NCBI GenBank assembly: GCA_963719525.1
Contig: CAVRCG010000004.1
Span: forward strand, 989,579-1,053,578
From: an uncultured Cytophagales bacterium
GTDB taxonomy: Bacteria; Bacteroidota; Bacteroidia; Cytophagales; Bernardetiaceae
DNA: 64,000 nt
Reading direction: 5' to 3'
Of this stretch, positions 40,405 to 51,510 are shown one piece after another (position 1 is the first letter of the stretch; each line of letters opens with the position of its first letter). The notes below the pieces were generated by a model. That model was not told the origin of the DNA. It searched no databases and worked only from the letters and a program-made list of their open reading frames with translations. The position numbers were made by a program, and so were the translations under genes.

Positions 40405-43038
40405 TTAAAAACCAACTCCCAAAGTCAAGAAAAAAGCTCTTCCATCGGCAGGAATAATTCCAGGTCCGGGATAACCGTCTGCACGTCTTGTAAAATACGA
40501 ATTATTGGTCAAATTATTTATACTTCCTTCTACTTTTAGCCATTTATATCCATAGCTCATCGACAAATCCATTACATCATAAGAAGGAATAATCCCACTA
40601 ACTGCTGTTGCACTTCGAACAACATTGGTGGCATCTGTAAAATGTTCTTTTGTATAAGAATATTGATACGAAAGTTTGAAATCCTTGTAACCAAATTGTA
40701 ACCCTGTACGCAACGTAACGGGTGGAACAAGCTCAACCTGTCTTCCTAAAACTGCCGTTTCTTCAGAATTTGTATAACGACTTTTCAAAACTGCCGTATT
40801 CAAATAAACTCCCAAATAAGATTTTGGTAGAATATTCTCAATCCAATTATTACCAATCTTTCCAATATTAAATTCTAGCAGCGATTCCAAACCATAAATT
40901 TTAGCTTGTGCAATATTTCCTCTAAAACGGTACGGATTGAATGTTGGAGCAACTCCTGTACGTTCTACTTGACTGATTCTATCATTATAATTCAAGTAAA
41001 AAAGACTTATATCAAACTGCAAAAGCGTATTAATTTTTCCTCTAAAACCTAAGTCTGCATTATAACCACTTTCATCTTTAATGTCTGGACTAATTACTAA
41101 ATTCGGATTCTGAATACGCAAATCACTAAAAGTAACTGAACGGTAATTTTGTGAGAAATTAGCATAAATTTCTAACTCATTTTTATTGTATTTTTCTATG
41201 AAAATAGGTTTATAACTAATTCCGATTCCACCCAAAATAAAACTCCTCGGTCGCTCTTGCTGCTCTTCAACTTTAGTTTCTGCAATCAAATTACCTGCAA
41301 AATCAAAAACTCGTTCTTTATAAAATCCATCAGATTGTGTCTTGATATATTCGGCTCTAATTCCAGGAGTAATACTCCATTTGTCAGACAGATTAAAAAC
41401 GTTTTCTATAAAAAAAGAAGCATTTTGATTCGGAAATTGATAGGAAGAGTTTTCTAAATTTTCAGAATTAAGGAAAGCAAAATTAGGTTTGTTTGTCGCA
41501 TCTGCATCGCCTTGTCGCTGCGTTGTAAAACCGTTGTAATACCTAAAACCAGTTATGAAAGCGTGCGTTTGTTTTTTGAGTTTTTCGCCTAAAAAATTGA
41601 TAGAATAACGGTGCAAAAGACGAGTTTCGTTACCAAAATTTTTGAAATCTCCATCAATCATTGTTCTGTTTTTACCAAAATCGATAACACTTATCTTATC
41701 CAAATTTCCGATGGTTGTTCTTCCTGCATAAAGCCCAAAAGTACGGCTATTTATCTTTGTTTTGTCCGAAATTTTGTAATCCAAAACGATTGCTCCCAAG
41801 TTCCAATTTACGGCAAACCAGTTTCTATCACGAATAGATTGACGTGGATTTTGCTCAAACAAAACGTCTGTAAGTCCTCCAGCTTGCTGCGCTAAATAGT
41901 TCATTCCTGTATATTCTACTGCTATTTTTAGTTTTGAAGTCGGACGAAAAGTAAGTTTTGCAAAACCTGTATGAACATCAAAACCAGAATTTTCTCTCCA
42001 ACCATCGCCTTGTTTGTATTGATAGAAAGCGTAATAACTTAGTTTTGAGTTTCCATCTTGATTTTGCTTTCCTAAATTTCCACCTACATCTATAAAGCTA
42101 CTTGTAAAGCCAAAAGAACCAACAGTTTGTCGAAAATTTAATGCAAAATTCTTATCTTTTCCGTTATTTTGGGGCGCATCTTTCATTACAAAATTTAGCA
42201 TTCCTCCAAACTGCGTTCCGTACTGTAAAGAAGCTGCACCACGCACAAGTTCAATTCGTTCAACTGCCTCTACAGGTGGCGTATAGTAGCTTTCTGGATA
42301 ACCAAGCGCATCAGCCGAAATATCATAACCGTTTTGGCGAGTATTAAAATTTGCCGTTCGATTGGGTGAAAGTCCTCTTGCTCCAATTCCTAATTGTATT
42401 CCTGCTCCATCACTTTCCCAAACATTCAGACCTGCTACTTTTGCATAAATTTGTCTAGAATTATTAGCTGCAAGATTTGCCGTTGTGTTGCTCAAAACGA
42501 TTACTTCACTTTTTTTGGATTCATAAATTCCCATTCCATCAACCGAATTTAGACGAGCTAGTAAGTTTGAGTTTTCTAATTTCCCATCAATAATGACTGT
42601 TTTTAAAGAGTCTTGTAAGTCTTCTAAAACAAAATTTATATTCAAAACTAGATTTTCTTTTATTTCTATTTCTTTCGAAATCGTTTTGAAACCGTATAAA
42701 TAAGCAACTATTGTGTAAGTAGATTGATTTGAAAGAGCAGCAGAAGGAAGTAAAAATTCTAACACAAAATTACCTTTCTCATCACTTTGAGCATATTTAT
42801 TGAGTTCTTGAATGACGATTGTTGCGCCAAAAAGTGGTTCGTTCTTAGAATACGAAGAGGTTGAAACGTTTCCTTTTATTCTAATTTGATTTTCTATTTT
42901 GGGACTTTCTTTTACAATAGCTGCAAAATTTTGTGCGTTTTGAGCAAAACTAGAGTTAAGCATAACACCACAGCAACAACAAAATGTAAAAATACGACCA
43001 CAAAAACAGCACAACGAATCTTGAAAGAAAGGTTTCAT
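40405..43038 (-). CDS. TonB-dependent outer-membrane receptor (carboxypeptidase-regulatory-like N-domain + plug + beta-barrel)
   Basis: Its size, the beta-strand-rich sequence and the terminal aromatic residue (…LTLGVGF) are typical. The N-terminal start is uncertain (odd CCCC-containing leader). Confidence 0.8.
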   Translation of the reverse strand: MKPFFQDSLCCFCGRIFTFCCCCGVMLNSSFAQNAQNFAAIVKESPKIENQIRIKGNVSTSSYSKNEPLFGATIVIQELNKYAQSDEKGNFVLEFLLPSAALSNQSTYTIVAYLYGFKTISKEIEIKENLVLNINFVLEDLQDSLKTVIIDGKLENSNLLARLNSVDGMGIYESKKSEVIVLSNTTANLAANNSRQIYAKVAGLNVWESDGAGIQLGIGARGLSPNRTANFNTRQNGYDISADALGYPESYYTPPVEAVERIELVRGAASLQYGTQFGGMLNFVMKDAPQNNGKDKNFALNFRQTVGSFGFTSSFIDVGGNLGKQNQDGNSKLSYYAFYQYKQGDGWRENSGFDVHTGFAKLTFRPTSKLKIAVEYTGMNYLAQQAGGLTDVLFEQNPRQSIRDRNWFAVNWNLGAIVLDYKISDKTKINSRTFGLYAGRTTIGNLDKISVIDFGKNRTMIDGDFKNFGNETRLLHRYSINFLGEKLKKQTHAFITGFRYYNGFTTQRQGDADATNKPNFAFLNSENLENSSYQFPNQNASFFIENVFNLSDKWSITPGIRAEYIKTQSDGFYKERVFDFAGNLIAETKVEEQQERPRSFILGGIGISYKPIFIEKYNKNELEIYANFSQNYRSVTFSDLRIQNPNLVISPDIKDESGYNADLGFRGKINTLLQFDISLFYLNYNDRISQVERTGVAPTFNPYRFRGNIAQAKIYGLESLLEFNIGKIGNNWIENILPKSYLGVYLNTAVLKSRYTNSEETAVLGRQVELVPPVTLRTGLQFGYKDFKLSYQYSYTKEHFTDATNVVRSATAVSGIIPSYDVMDLSMSYGYKWLKVEGSINNLTNNSYFTRRADGYPGPGIIPADGRAFFLTLGVGF

Positions 43039-43145
43039 TTATTTAGACTAATTATAGATAATCTTATTTCCTGCAAAAATAAGATAGTTAGGGCATAAAA
43101 AAAAATGACTTCTGTCATTTTTTAGAATAATTCTAAATAAAAAAG

Positions 43146-43277
43146 GGTATCACAGTTGATTTAGTGCTGTCATTTTCCATAGTACTAGGTTTGCAAACCT
43201 AGTACTATAGAAAAATAAGACTGTTTTGCATTTCATATAACTTATTGATTACCAAATCTGTAAGTAACCGTGATACC
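43146..43277. repeat. Copy B of the MITE-like element (inverted repeats GGTATCACAGTT / AACCGTGATACC; perfect 34-bp palindrome CTATAGTACTAGGTTTGCAAACCTAGTACTATAG)
   Basis: Terminal inverted repeats and the TTTGCAAAC-centred palindrome. The right half is homologous to 4930-5000 (AAGACTGTTTTGC…AACCGTGATA). Confidence 0.6.
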
Positions 43278-43735
43278 GTTTAAAGATAAGAAATTATTAT
43301 TCAAAAATGTAGCAAATGCGTAAGCCTTCGGAAGTAAGGCAGCAAAAGAATGAACTAGCTTTAAATTTATAACCAAAAAATCAAAGTTACCTTGTCTTAG
43401 CAGTTAAAATAAAAACTTAAAATAGACATTATTTTAGTGAAAATTCAAGCAAAACCCCTATAAAATTTCTTTATTTAGAAATATTCAAAATAAGCAAAAT
43501 TTAGAATTACATATTGCAATGCTATTTTTTGTAACGTACCTTTGAATAGAGTTATTAGACTTAGTTAGACTTAATAAAATTATAAATTAATTTGCTTAAT
43601 TCTGTATAAATAGGTAAATAGAACCTACATTAAATTTAGTTTTGGCTCAAATTATTGCACCCAAAGAAAACAAAATCAACAACAATTTCTTTATTTTATA
43701 TTCTTTCACAAATTAATCACTAAAACCAACTTCCT

Positions 43736-44569
43736 ATGAATTGGATTATACGCACCCTGACAAGCAGCGTAGGCAAAAAAGTCTTGATGTCGCTCACAGG
43801 GTTATTCTTAGTTACCTTTCTGATTGTACACATGGTCGGAAATTTTCAGTTACTTATTCCTGATATCGAAGAAGCATCGGCTAGTTTTAATAAATATGCC
43901 GTTTTTATGACTACATTTCCTCTCATTAAAGCTACCTCGTATTTACTTTATGGTTCTATTTTATTTCATACACTTTTAGCTATCATTACTACTTGGCAAA
44001 ACAAACAAGCTCGTCCTGTTGGATATGCCGTAGATGGTCATTCGGAAGTAAATTGGATGTCCCGTTATATGGGTGTTTTCGGAACTGTTATTTTTGTTTT
44101 TCTTATCGTTCACATGGGAAATTTTTGGTTTAGATACCATTTTGGAGATGTTTTGCCTATTATGGAAATTGATGGCGAAATCTACAAAAACCTTTATGCT
44201 GTCGTTGCGACTTCATTTATGGTGTGGTGGTATTCTCTTTTTTATATCGTTGCTATGTTTGCTGTCGGCTTTCACTTGTGGCACGGTTTCCAAAGTGGTT
44301 TTCAGACGCTTGGGCTTCGTCATATCAAATATACTTCAATTGTTTCTATCACAAGCAAACTTCTAGCGATTGCTTTTATTGTAGGTTTTGCTTCTATGCC
44401 TATTTATATGATGGCTCGTTTTGGAGTAGAAAATGACTTTGAAACGGCTGCTGATAGAGTAAGAGATATGTCTGAAGAGGCAGGAATAGAATGGAAAACA
44501 GCTGAATGGTCTGATATAGAAAGGCACAGAACGTGGCAAGAAGTAGAAGCTGATGAACCTGTTGAATAA
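43736..44569 (+). CDS. sdhC: Succinate dehydrogenase/fumarate reductase cytochrome b subunit (Bacteroides-type)
   Basis: Multi-TM protein with conserved His residues, immediately upstream of the flavoprotein and iron-sulfur subunits. Confidence 0.75.
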   Translation: MNWIIRTLTSSVGKKVLMSLTGLFLVTFLIVHMVGNFQLLIPDIEEASASFNKYAVFMTTFPLIKATSYLLYGSILFHTLLAIITTWQNKQARPVGYAVDGHSEVNWMSRYMGVFGTVIFVFLIVHMGNFWFRYHFGDVLPIMEIDGEIYKNLYAVVATSFMVWWYSLFYIVAMFAVGFHLWHGFQSGFQTLGLRHIKYTSIVSITSKLLAIAFIVGFASMPIYMMARFGVENDFETAADRVRDMSEEAGIEWKTAEWSDIERHRTWQEVEADEPVE

Positions 44570-44817
44570 ATTTGTAAATCAAAATTCAGAATTTGAATTT
44601 TAGCTGCATAACAGCACAATGTTGGTAACGTAAAGGTTTTTTCAATTTAATTAGAAAAATTCTAAATTAAGGTTACTTTCAAAACTTTTTTACAAACAAA
44701 TTATTCAGTATCATATAGTTAAAGTATCGTTTCAAAACATTCAGTTTAGATTGAATGCTATTCGAAATGATTTATAAGAAATGTATTATTCGTAAAATAC
44801 AACCAAAAAAAACAATT

Positions 44818-46752
44818 ATGTCAGAACTCAATTCAAAAATCCCTGAAGGCTCAATTGGCGAAAAATGGGACAAACATAAATTTAATATTCGCTTAGTCAA
44901 TCCTGCTAACAAACGAAAATATACTATTATTATCGTCGGAACAGGTCTTGCAGGTGCAGCAGCAGCAGCTTCTATGGCTGAACTTGGTTATAATGTAAAA
45001 GCATTTACTTTCCACGATAGCCCACGAAGAGCGCACTCTATTGCAGCACAAGGAGGAATTAATGCAGCCAAAAATTATCAAAACGATGGCGATAGTGTGT
45101 ATCGTCTGTTTTATGATACTGTAAAAGGTGGAGATTACCGTTCAAGAGAAGGAAATGTACACCGTTTGGCAGAAGTAAGTGTAAATATTATCGACCAATG
45201 TGTGGCTCAAGGTGTTCCTTTTGCTCGTGAATATGGTGGAATGTTAGATAACCGTTCTTTTGGTGGAGCACTCGTTTCACGTACTTTTTATGCAAAAGGA
45301 CAAACAGGACAACAGTTATTATTAGGAGCTTATTCTGCTCTTAGTCGTCAGGTAGCAACAGGAAAAGTAGAAATGTTTACTCGTACTGAAATGCTTGATA
45401 TTGTCAAAATTGATGGAAAAGCACGAGGAATTATTACTCGTAATCTTGTTACAGGAGAAATTGAATCACACGCAGGACATGCTGTTTTGCTTTGTACAGG
45501 TGGTTACTCAAATGTGTTTTTCCTTTCTACCAATGCAATGGCGTGTAATGCGACGGCAGCGTGGAGAGCGCACAAAAAAGGAGCTTATTTTGCAAATCCT
45601 TGTTATACTCAAATTCACCCTACTTGTATTCCAGTTTCAGGCGACCATCAATCAAAACTTACGTTGATGTCTGAATCGCTTCGTAATGACGGACGTGTTT
45701 GGGTGCCTCGCAATCCAGAAGATAAAGCTAAAAAAGCTTCTGAAATTCCAGATGCAGATCGTTTTTATTATTTAGAAGAAAAATATCCAACCTTTGGTAA
45801 TCTTGTTCCTCGTGATGTGGCTTCAAGAAATGCAAAATATGTTTGTGATGAAGGTTTGGGAGTAGGAGCGACAGGAAAAGCTGTTTATCTTGATTTTAGA
45901 GATGCAATTAAAAGAGATGGACAAAAATATGTAGAGGACAAATATGGTAATTTGTTTGATATGTACAAGCAAATTACAAACGAAGACCCCTATAAAGTTC
46001 CGATGAAAATTTATCCAGCACCACATTATACAATGGGTGGACTTTGGGTAGATTATAACCTCATGACAAATGTCGATGGATTGTACGCACTTGGAGAAGC
46101 TAATTTTTCAGACCACGGAGCAAATCGTTTGGGAGCTAGTGCTTTGATGCAAGGCTTAGCAGATGGATATTTTGTTGCTCCTTATACCGTTGGAGATTTC
46201 TTAGCTACACAGCCTTACAAAATTGAAGATACTTCTCACGAAGAATTTGCAAAAGCAAGAGCAGCCGTAGCCGACAGAATCAAAACCGTTATGAGTATTA
46301 ATGGAAACCAAACGCCTGATGAAATTCATAAAAAATTAGGTCGTATTATGTGGGATCATTGTGGAATGTCAAGAAATGCAGACGGACTAAAACTTGCTCG
46401 TACAGAAGTACAAAAACTTCGTCAGGAGTTTTGGAGCGACGTAAAAGTAGTAGGAACTGAAAACCAACTCAACGCAGAACTTGAAAAAGCACTTCGTGTA
46501 GCTGACTTTTTAGAACTTGGCGAACTGATGATTATTGATGCCCTTGATAGAAATGAATCGTGTGGTGGACACTTTAGAGAAGAGTACGAAATCAATGGAG
46601 AGGCACTACGTGATGATGAAAATTACTCGTATGTAGCTGCTTGGGAATATCCGAATGAGAATCCGATGGAACACATGAAAGGCGAACCAATTTTACACAA
46701 AGAAGAATTAGTCTTCGAAAATGTAAAACTTACTCAACGTAGTTATAAATAA
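44818..46752 (+). CDS. sdhA: Succinate dehydrogenase/fumarate reductase flavoprotein subunit
   Basis: FAD-binding [13 protein letters not shown] motif, HSIAAQGG(INAA) motif and a C-terminal …HFREEY… region. Start chosen at MSELNS (ATG 44818). Confidence 0.9.
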   Translation: MSELNSKIPEGSIGEKWDKHKFNIRLVNPANKRKYTIIIVGTGLAGAAAAASMAELGYNVKAFTFHDSPRRAHSIAAQGGINAAKNYQNDGDSVYRLFYDTVKGGDYRSREGNVHRLAEVSVNIIDQCVAQGVPFAREYGGMLDNRSFGGALVSRTFYAKGQTGQQLLLGAYSALSRQVATGKVEMFTRTEMLDIVKIDGKARGIITRNLVTGEIESHAGHAVLLCTGGYSNVFFLSTNAMACNATAAWRAHKKGAYFANPCYTQIHPTCIPVSGDHQSKLTLMSESLRNDGRVWVPRNPEDKAKKASEIPDADRFYYLEEKYPTFGNLVPRDVASRNAKYVCDEGLGVGATGKAVYLDFRDAIKRDGQKYVEDKYGNLFDMYKQITNEDPYKVPMKIYPAPHYTMGGLWVDYNLMTNVDGLYALGEANFSDHGANRLGASALMQGLADGYFVAPYTVGDFLATQPYKIEDTSHEEFAKARAAVADRIKTVMSINGNQTPDEIHKKLGRIMWDHCGMSRNADGLKLARTEVQKLRQEFWSDVKVVGTENQLNAELEKALRVADFLELGELMIIDALDRNESCGGHFREEYEINGEALRDDENYSYVAAWEYPNENPMEHMKGEPILHKEELVFENVKLTQRSYK

Positions 46753-46756
46753 TATT

Positions 46757-46789
46757 AGACCCTAAGGGTTTTAAAAACCCTTAGGGTCT
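46757..46789 (+). other. Perfect 33-nt palindrome between sdhA and sdhB (AGACCCTAAGGGTTTT A AAAACCCTTAGGGTCT), followed by TTTGCAAAC
   Basis: 16-bp arms, GC-rich for this genome, 5 nt after the sdhA stop codon. A weak T-tract argues against a strong terminator. Confidence 0.6.
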
Positions 46790-46831
46790 TTGCAAACAAC
46801 AACTTTCAATTAAATAGAAATACATAAAATT

Positions 46832-47602
46832 ATGGCAGAACAACATAATTCATATAAAATAAAAGTTTGGAGACAAGCCACTCACAATTCAAAGGGCGAG
46901 TTTAAGAATTACAAATTAGACAATGTTTCGACAGACATGTCATTTTTAGAAATGATGGATATGTTAAACGCAAGTCTGATAAGTCAGAATATAGATCCAG
47001 TAAGTTTCGACCACGATTGCCGTGAAGGAATTTGTGGTTCGTGTGCTATGTACATCAACGGACATCCTCATGGGAATGTGCGAGGTGTTACGACGTGTCA
47101 GTTGCACATGCGTTCTTTTCCAAACAACACAACGATTACTATTGAGCCTTGGAGAGCAAAAGCATTTCCAGTAATTAAGGATTTGACAGTCAATAGAACT
47201 TCTTTTGATAGGATTATTCAATCAGGAGGATATGTTTCTGTAAATACAGGAAATGCTCGTGATGCAAATGAAATGCCTATTCCAAAAGAAATCGCTGATG
47301 AAGCCTTTGAAGCAGCAGCTTGTATTGGTTGTGGTGCGTGCGTGGCAGCATGTAAAAATGCGTCGGCAATGCTTTTTGTTTCGGCAAAAGTTTCACAGCT
47401 TGCACTTCTTCCACAAGGAAAAGCAGAAGCACAAAAACGTGCTGAAAATATGGTCGCTCAAATGGACGAGGAAGGTTTTGGAGCGTGTACTAATACAGGT
47501 GCGTGTTCAATAGAATGTCCAAAGCTTATCGGACAAGAACATATTGCTCGTTTAAATAGAGAATATCTGACTGCAAAAGCGACTTCTGATTTTGTAGGAT
47601 AA
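46832..47602 (+). CDS. sdhB: Succinate dehydrogenase/fumarate reductase iron-sulfur subunit
   Basis: Cys clusters CREGICGSC and [11 protein letters not shown], plus CSIEC for the 3Fe/4Fe centres. Confidence 0.9.
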   Translation: MAEQHNSYKIKVWRQATHNSKGEFKNYKLDNVSTDMSFLEMMDMLNASLISQNIDPVSFDHDCREGICGSCAMYINGHPHGNVRGVTTCQLHMRSFPNNTTITIEPWRAKAFPVIKDLTVNRTSFDRIIQSGGYVSVNTGNARDANEMPIPKEIADEAFEAAACIGCGACVAACKNASAMLFVSAKVSQLALLPQGKAEAQKRAENMVAQMDEEGFGACTNTGACSIECPKLIGQEHIARLNREYLTAKATSDFVG

Positions 47603-47645
47603 AAATGTAGCGTGGACTTTAGTCTGCGAGATTACACATTAAATT

Positions 47646-47674
47646 CCAATACAGAAAATTATTTTTGTATTGGA
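47646..47674. terminator. Bidirectional terminator hairpin shared by sdhB (+) and the Uma2 gene (-)
   Basis: CCAATACAGAAAA…TTTTGTATTGG stem with T-runs on both sides. Confidence 0.55.
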
Positions 47675-48321
47675 TTTTTCTTTTCATCTTTTTCTTCAAA
47701 ATCTACATCTACATAAATATCTTTCAACGAAATTTCTATCTTTTCATCATTTGAAAGGTCTAAAGAAATTTTTTTGTCCAAACCTTCTAATGTTGTAATT
47801 CTCCAAAGTGAAGTATCAGTTATGTTATCATTTTTGGTTGCTTGTAAATCTTCTCTTCTTGAAAAAATTTCTACTAACGGTTTTTCTTGACTTATCAAAA
47901 CATAATGACGAAGTGAAGAAAGCTGCCTGTAAGCATAAAACTTATCTCCTCTATCATATCCTTCTGTAGATTTTGATAAAACTTCAATGATAATAACTGG
48001 ATTTGTAATAGAATCTTTATGATTTTTTCCCAATTCAAACTCGCCACAAACTACCATACAATCAGGGTAAACATATCTATTTTCTTTTTTTATCCATAAT
48101 TTCATTTGACTATTTATAGCTTTGAACTTCTTACCTTTGAGTAAAACTCCTATTTCTCCAAATATATTTCCTCCTATCAAACTATGTGGAATCGTTCCTC
48201 CAGACATAGCATATACATAACCATCGTGATATTCATATTTTTGCTCGTTTTGTTCTTCCAATTTTAGATATTCTTCTAACGTTAGTTTTTCGTTCAACTC
48301 ATAATTCGGCTGTGCTCTCAT
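47659..48321 (-). CDS. Uma2-family (DUF820) PD-(D/E)xK-type endonuclease
   Basis: Pattern …EYHDGYVYAMSGG…H…PD…IIEVLS… is typical of Uma2/DUF820 proteins. Family recalled from memory. Confidence 0.65.
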   Translation of the reverse strand: MRAQPNYELNEKLTLEEYLKLEEQNEQKYEYHDGYVYAMSGGTIPHSLIGGNIFGEIGVLLKGKKFKAINSQMKLWIKKENRYVYPDCMVVCGEFELGKNHKDSITNPVIIIEVLSKSTEGYDRGDKFYAYRQLSSLRHYVLISQEKPLVEIFSRREDLQATKNDNITDTSLWRITTLEGLDKKISLDLSNDEKIEISLKDIYVDVDFEEKDEKKNPIQK

Positions 48322-48395
48322 AATTTTTTATTTTTGCTTCTCTTTCTTTATCTAATATACGAAATAAAAAATAGTATAGTTTTTTTCAAAATCAA

Positions 48396-48432
48396 AAACT
48401 CCTCACTCAAAATAAATTGAATGAGGAGTTTT
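48396..48432 (-). terminator. Rho-independent terminator downstream of tex
   Basis: AACTCCTCA(C/T)TCA stem followed by a T-rich tract on the minus strand. Confidence 0.55.
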
Positions 48433-48509
48433 GTGTTTTAATCTTTACGAAGACTAAAGTCTTCGGTACAGCTTCTCACTCTAAAGAGTGAGCTACATTT
48501 GAGCTACAT

Positions 48510-49514
48510 TTACTTGCCAAATTTGTTTTGAAGAGCAGCTAATTTGTCAGCCATTGTTCCACCTGTTTCTGGTGCTTCTTCTTTTGGTTTTGATTTCTCT
48601 TTTTCTTGTTTTTGAATAAATGAATCTGCCTTTTTGTAAGATGATTTTCTAGCCTTACGCTCTTTTGGCTTATTTGTATCATCTTCTAAAGAACTTCCTC
48701 TACTAAATTTAGAATCATTCTTTCTATCTTTACCCATTTCCGAAATGGCTTCTTTTTCTACTTTCGTAATCGGTTTTCTGGTTGCAACTCTTTGTGGTTG
48801 TTGCGCTCTAGCTTCTGAAAGAGTAGTATTTGTTCCTCCTCTTTTTACATCTGAATCTGCACCAAAAGGTTCAGACTTTAGACTTAATGAAATTCTTTTT
48901 CTAGCCAAATCAACTTCCATAACAGTTGCTTCTACTTTCTGATGAACTTTTACGGCATCGGTTGGGTGCTTAATAAAATTATCTGAAAGCTGACTAATAT
49001 GAGCTAATCCGTCTTGATGAACTCCTACATCTATAAAAGCACCAAAATCTGTAATATTGGTTACAATGCCTGAAAGTTTCATTCCGACTGTCAAGTCTTC
49101 CATTTTTTCTACGCCTTCTACAAAAGAGAAAGCCTCAAACTGCTCACGAGGATCACGCCCCGGTTTGGCAAGCTCGGAAACAATATCTTCAAGGGTTGGA
49201 AGTCCGACCGTATCGGTAACATAATCTTTCGGATTAATCTGCTTGCGTAATTCTTCGTTTTTGATAAGATCATCAACGGTTGTGTTTAAGTCTTTAGCCA
49301 TTTTTTCTACTATTGGATAACTTTCTGGGTGAACTGCACTAGAATCTAATAAATTTTTGGCATCACGAATACGTAAAAATCCTGCTGCCTGTTCAAAAGC
49401 CTTATCGCCTAAACGAGGAACTTTTTTGAGTTGCGCTCTACTTTTAAAAGCACCTTTTTCATTTCTAAACTCTACAATATTTTTGGCAAGAGAAGGTCTC
49501 CAAACCAGAAACAT
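48510..49514 (-). CDS. tex: Transcription accessory protein Tex, C-terminal segment (HhH + S1 domain + Lys-rich tail)
   Basis: S1 domain EDLTVGMKLSGIVTNITDFGAFIDVGVHQDGLAHISQLSD. The segment begins …LAKNIVEFRNEKGAFKSRAQLKKVPRLG, which in Tex follows …LLSYVSGLG. Confidence 0.8.
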   Translation of the reverse strand: MFLVWRPSLAKNIVEFRNEKGAFKSRAQLKKVPRLGDKAFEQAAGFLRIRDAKNLLDSSAVHPESYPIVEKMAKDLNTTVDDLIKNEELRKQINPKDYVTDTVGLPTLEDIVSELAKPGRDPREQFEAFSFVEGVEKMEDLTVGMKLSGIVTNITDFGAFIDVGVHQDGLAHISQLSDNFIKHPTDAVKVHQKVEATVMEVDLARKRISLSLKSEPFGADSDVKRGGTNTTLSEARAQQPQRVATRKPITKVEKEAISEMGKDRKNDSKFSRGSSLEDDTNKPKERKARKSSYKKADSFIQKQEKEKSKPKEEAPETGGTMADKLAALQNKFGK

Positions 49515-51078
49515 AACTCAATAATTCTTTACTTGCCGTATTTACCTCCACACCAACAGCATTTACACAACTCATAACCGTATCATCAAGACTATTTTTG
49601 AGTTGTTTTTGATCAACATCGTGCTGATACTGACCTACACCGATAGATTTTGGATCTAATTTTACAAGTTCTGCTAACGGGTCCATTAAACGACGACCAA
49701 TTGAAACTGCACCACGAACTGTCAAATCATAATCTGCAAATTCTTCACGAGCAACAGCAGAAGCCGAATAAATAGATGCACCACTTTCACTTACCACTAC
49801 AATCTGAATTGTTTTTGGTAATCCTTTAATGGCTTTTATAAAACGCTCTGTTTCTCTGCTTGCCGTTCCGTTTCCGATTGCAATCGCTTCAATAGCATAT
49901 TTTTCACACAGAGCTAAGATTATATTTCCTGCTTTTTCGGTATCTTTTTGAGGTTCGTTTGGATAAATAGTATCATTATAAACGAGTTTTCCTTGTTTGT
50001 CCAAAACGACTAATTTACAACCTGTTCTGAATCCAGGATCTAGAGCTAATGTATTTTTTTGTCCTAACGGTGCAGATAATAAAAGTTGTCTAAGATTTTC
50101 TGCAAAAATAGAAATGGCTTCTTCGTCGGCTTTTTGTTTTGAAAGCATACGAATTTCTGTTTCCATTGATGGTTTCAAAAGTCTTTTATAGGCATCTTTT
50201 ACAGCTAATTGTACCTGTTCTGAAGATTTTGTATTGCTATGAACAAAATTATCTTCCAATAAAGTAATTGCTCGGTGTTCATTGGGTTGCAAATCTAAAA
50301 GCAAGATTCCTTCTTTTTCTGCTCTGCGAAGTGCCAAAACACGGTGCGAAGGAGCTTCAATTAATGGTTCTGACCATTCAAAATAATCTCTATATTTTTC
50401 GCCTTCTTTTTCTTTTCCAGTAATTACACGAGCCGAAATGGTACCTTCTTTCTCAAAAACGGAACGCATTTTTGCACGAGTTTCTGCGTGTTCGTTGATA
50501 TGCTCGGCAATAATATCTCTTGCACCTGCTAATGCTTCTTCAAGTGTTTTTACTCCTTTTTCTTCATCGATAAATTGCTTTGCTGTTTTCTCTAAATCCA
50601 TTCTTCCCTGTTCCAAAATCTGTAACGCTAAAGGCTCTAATCCTTTTTCTTTTGCCATCGAAGCACGAGTTTTGCGTTTTTGTTTGTAAGGCAAATACAA
50701 ATCTTCCAAAGCAGAGAGAGTCTGGACAGCATTAATTTTCTCTTCTAATTCTGGAGTAAGTTTTTCTTGTTCCGAAATAGATTTCAAAATTGCTTCACGT
50801 CTTTTATCTAATTCACGAAGCTGAACGAGCCTATCTCTAACAGTCGCTACCTGTACCTCATCAAGCGTACCCGTAACTTCTTTACGATAGCGAGAAATAA
50901 AAGGAACAGTTGCCCCTTCATCTAAAAGCTGTGCCGTTGCTTCTACTTGTTTGACACGCACACCAATTTCGGCAGCGATTTGAACGATATGTTGAGCATC
51001 TAAAAGAGCCTGATCCATAGTTTTGTCTTGATTCTTTTCGTAGGAAAAATGAAAATAGTTTGCTAATTGTAGAAGCAA
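49465..51078 (-). CDS. tex: Transcription accessory protein Tex, N-terminal segment (HTH / YqgF-like / HhH); overlaps the C-terminal segment by 50 nt in another frame (frameshift)
   Basis: …FISRYRKEVTG…, the YqgF-like region and …VNTASKELLSYVSGL. The ORF then ends with the non-native ETFSCQKYCRV*. Confidence 0.8.
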   Translation of the reverse strand: MLLQLANYFHFSYEKNQDKTMDQALLDAQHIVQIAAEIGVRVKQVEATAQLLDEGATVPFISRYRKEVTGTLDEVQVATVRDRLVQLRELDKRREAILKSISEQEKLTPELEEKINAVQTLSALEDLYLPYKQKRKTRASMAKEKGLEPLALQILEQGRMDLEKTAKQFIDEEKGVKTLEEALAGARDIIAEHINEHAETRAKMRSVFEKEGTISARVITGKEKEGEKYRDYFEWSEPLIEAPSHRVLALRRAEKEGILLLDLQPNEHRAITLLEDNFVHSNTKSSEQVQLAVKDAYKRLLKPSMETEIRMLSKQKADEEAISIFAENLRQLLLSAPLGQKNTLALDPGFRTGCKLVVLDKQGKLVYNDTIYPNEPQKDTEKAGNIILALCEKYAIEAIAIGNGTASRETERFIKAIKGLPKTIQIVVVSESGASIYSASAVAREEFADYDLTVRGAVSIGRRLMDPLAELVKLDPKSIGVGQYQHDVDQKQLKNSLDDTVMSCVNAVGVEVNTASKELLSYVSGLETFSCQKYCRV

Positions 51079-51112
51079 AAATACGAAATATTTGGGAGAA
51101 ATGTTTGTTTTT

Positions 51113-51510
51113 GTGAAAAATACTAGGGGCGAGGGAATAGGGGCGAGGGTCGTGGGAATTACTGGGTCGTGAAAAATACTAGGGGCGAGGGAATAGGGGC
51201 GAGGGTCGTGGAAATTACTGGGGGCGAGGGAATAGGGTTGAGGGTCGTGGGAATTACTGGGTCGTGGAAATTACTGGGGGCGAGGGAATTGGGGCGAGAG
51301 TCGTGGGAATTACTGGGTCGTGGAAATTACTGGGGGCGAGGGAATAGGGTTGAGGGTCGTGGGAATAAGGAATAATAAAAAAATGACTTTTCACACGCCC
51401 CTCGCCCCAATTCACACGCTCCAACTTTCATTTCACACGCCCCTCGCCCCAATTCCCACGCTCCAACTTTCATTTCACACGCCCCTCGCCCCAATTCACA
51501 CGCCCCTAAC
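51113..51510. repeat. GC-rich tandem repeat arrays: 51113-51378 (~56-bp unit GAAAAATACTAGGGGCGAGGGAATAGGGGCGAGGGTCGTGGGAATTACTGGGTCGT, about 4.5 copies) then the reverse-complement family 51380-51510 (~42-bp unit TTTCACACGCCCCTCGCCCCAATTCACACGCTCCAACTTTCA, about 3 copies)
   Basis: Directly repeated GC-rich units in an AT-rich genome. The two halves are mutual reverse complements (GGGGCGAGGG vs CCCTCGCCCC). The ORF-track ORFs 51169-51375 and 51320-51535 are only translations of these repeats. Confidence 0.8.
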
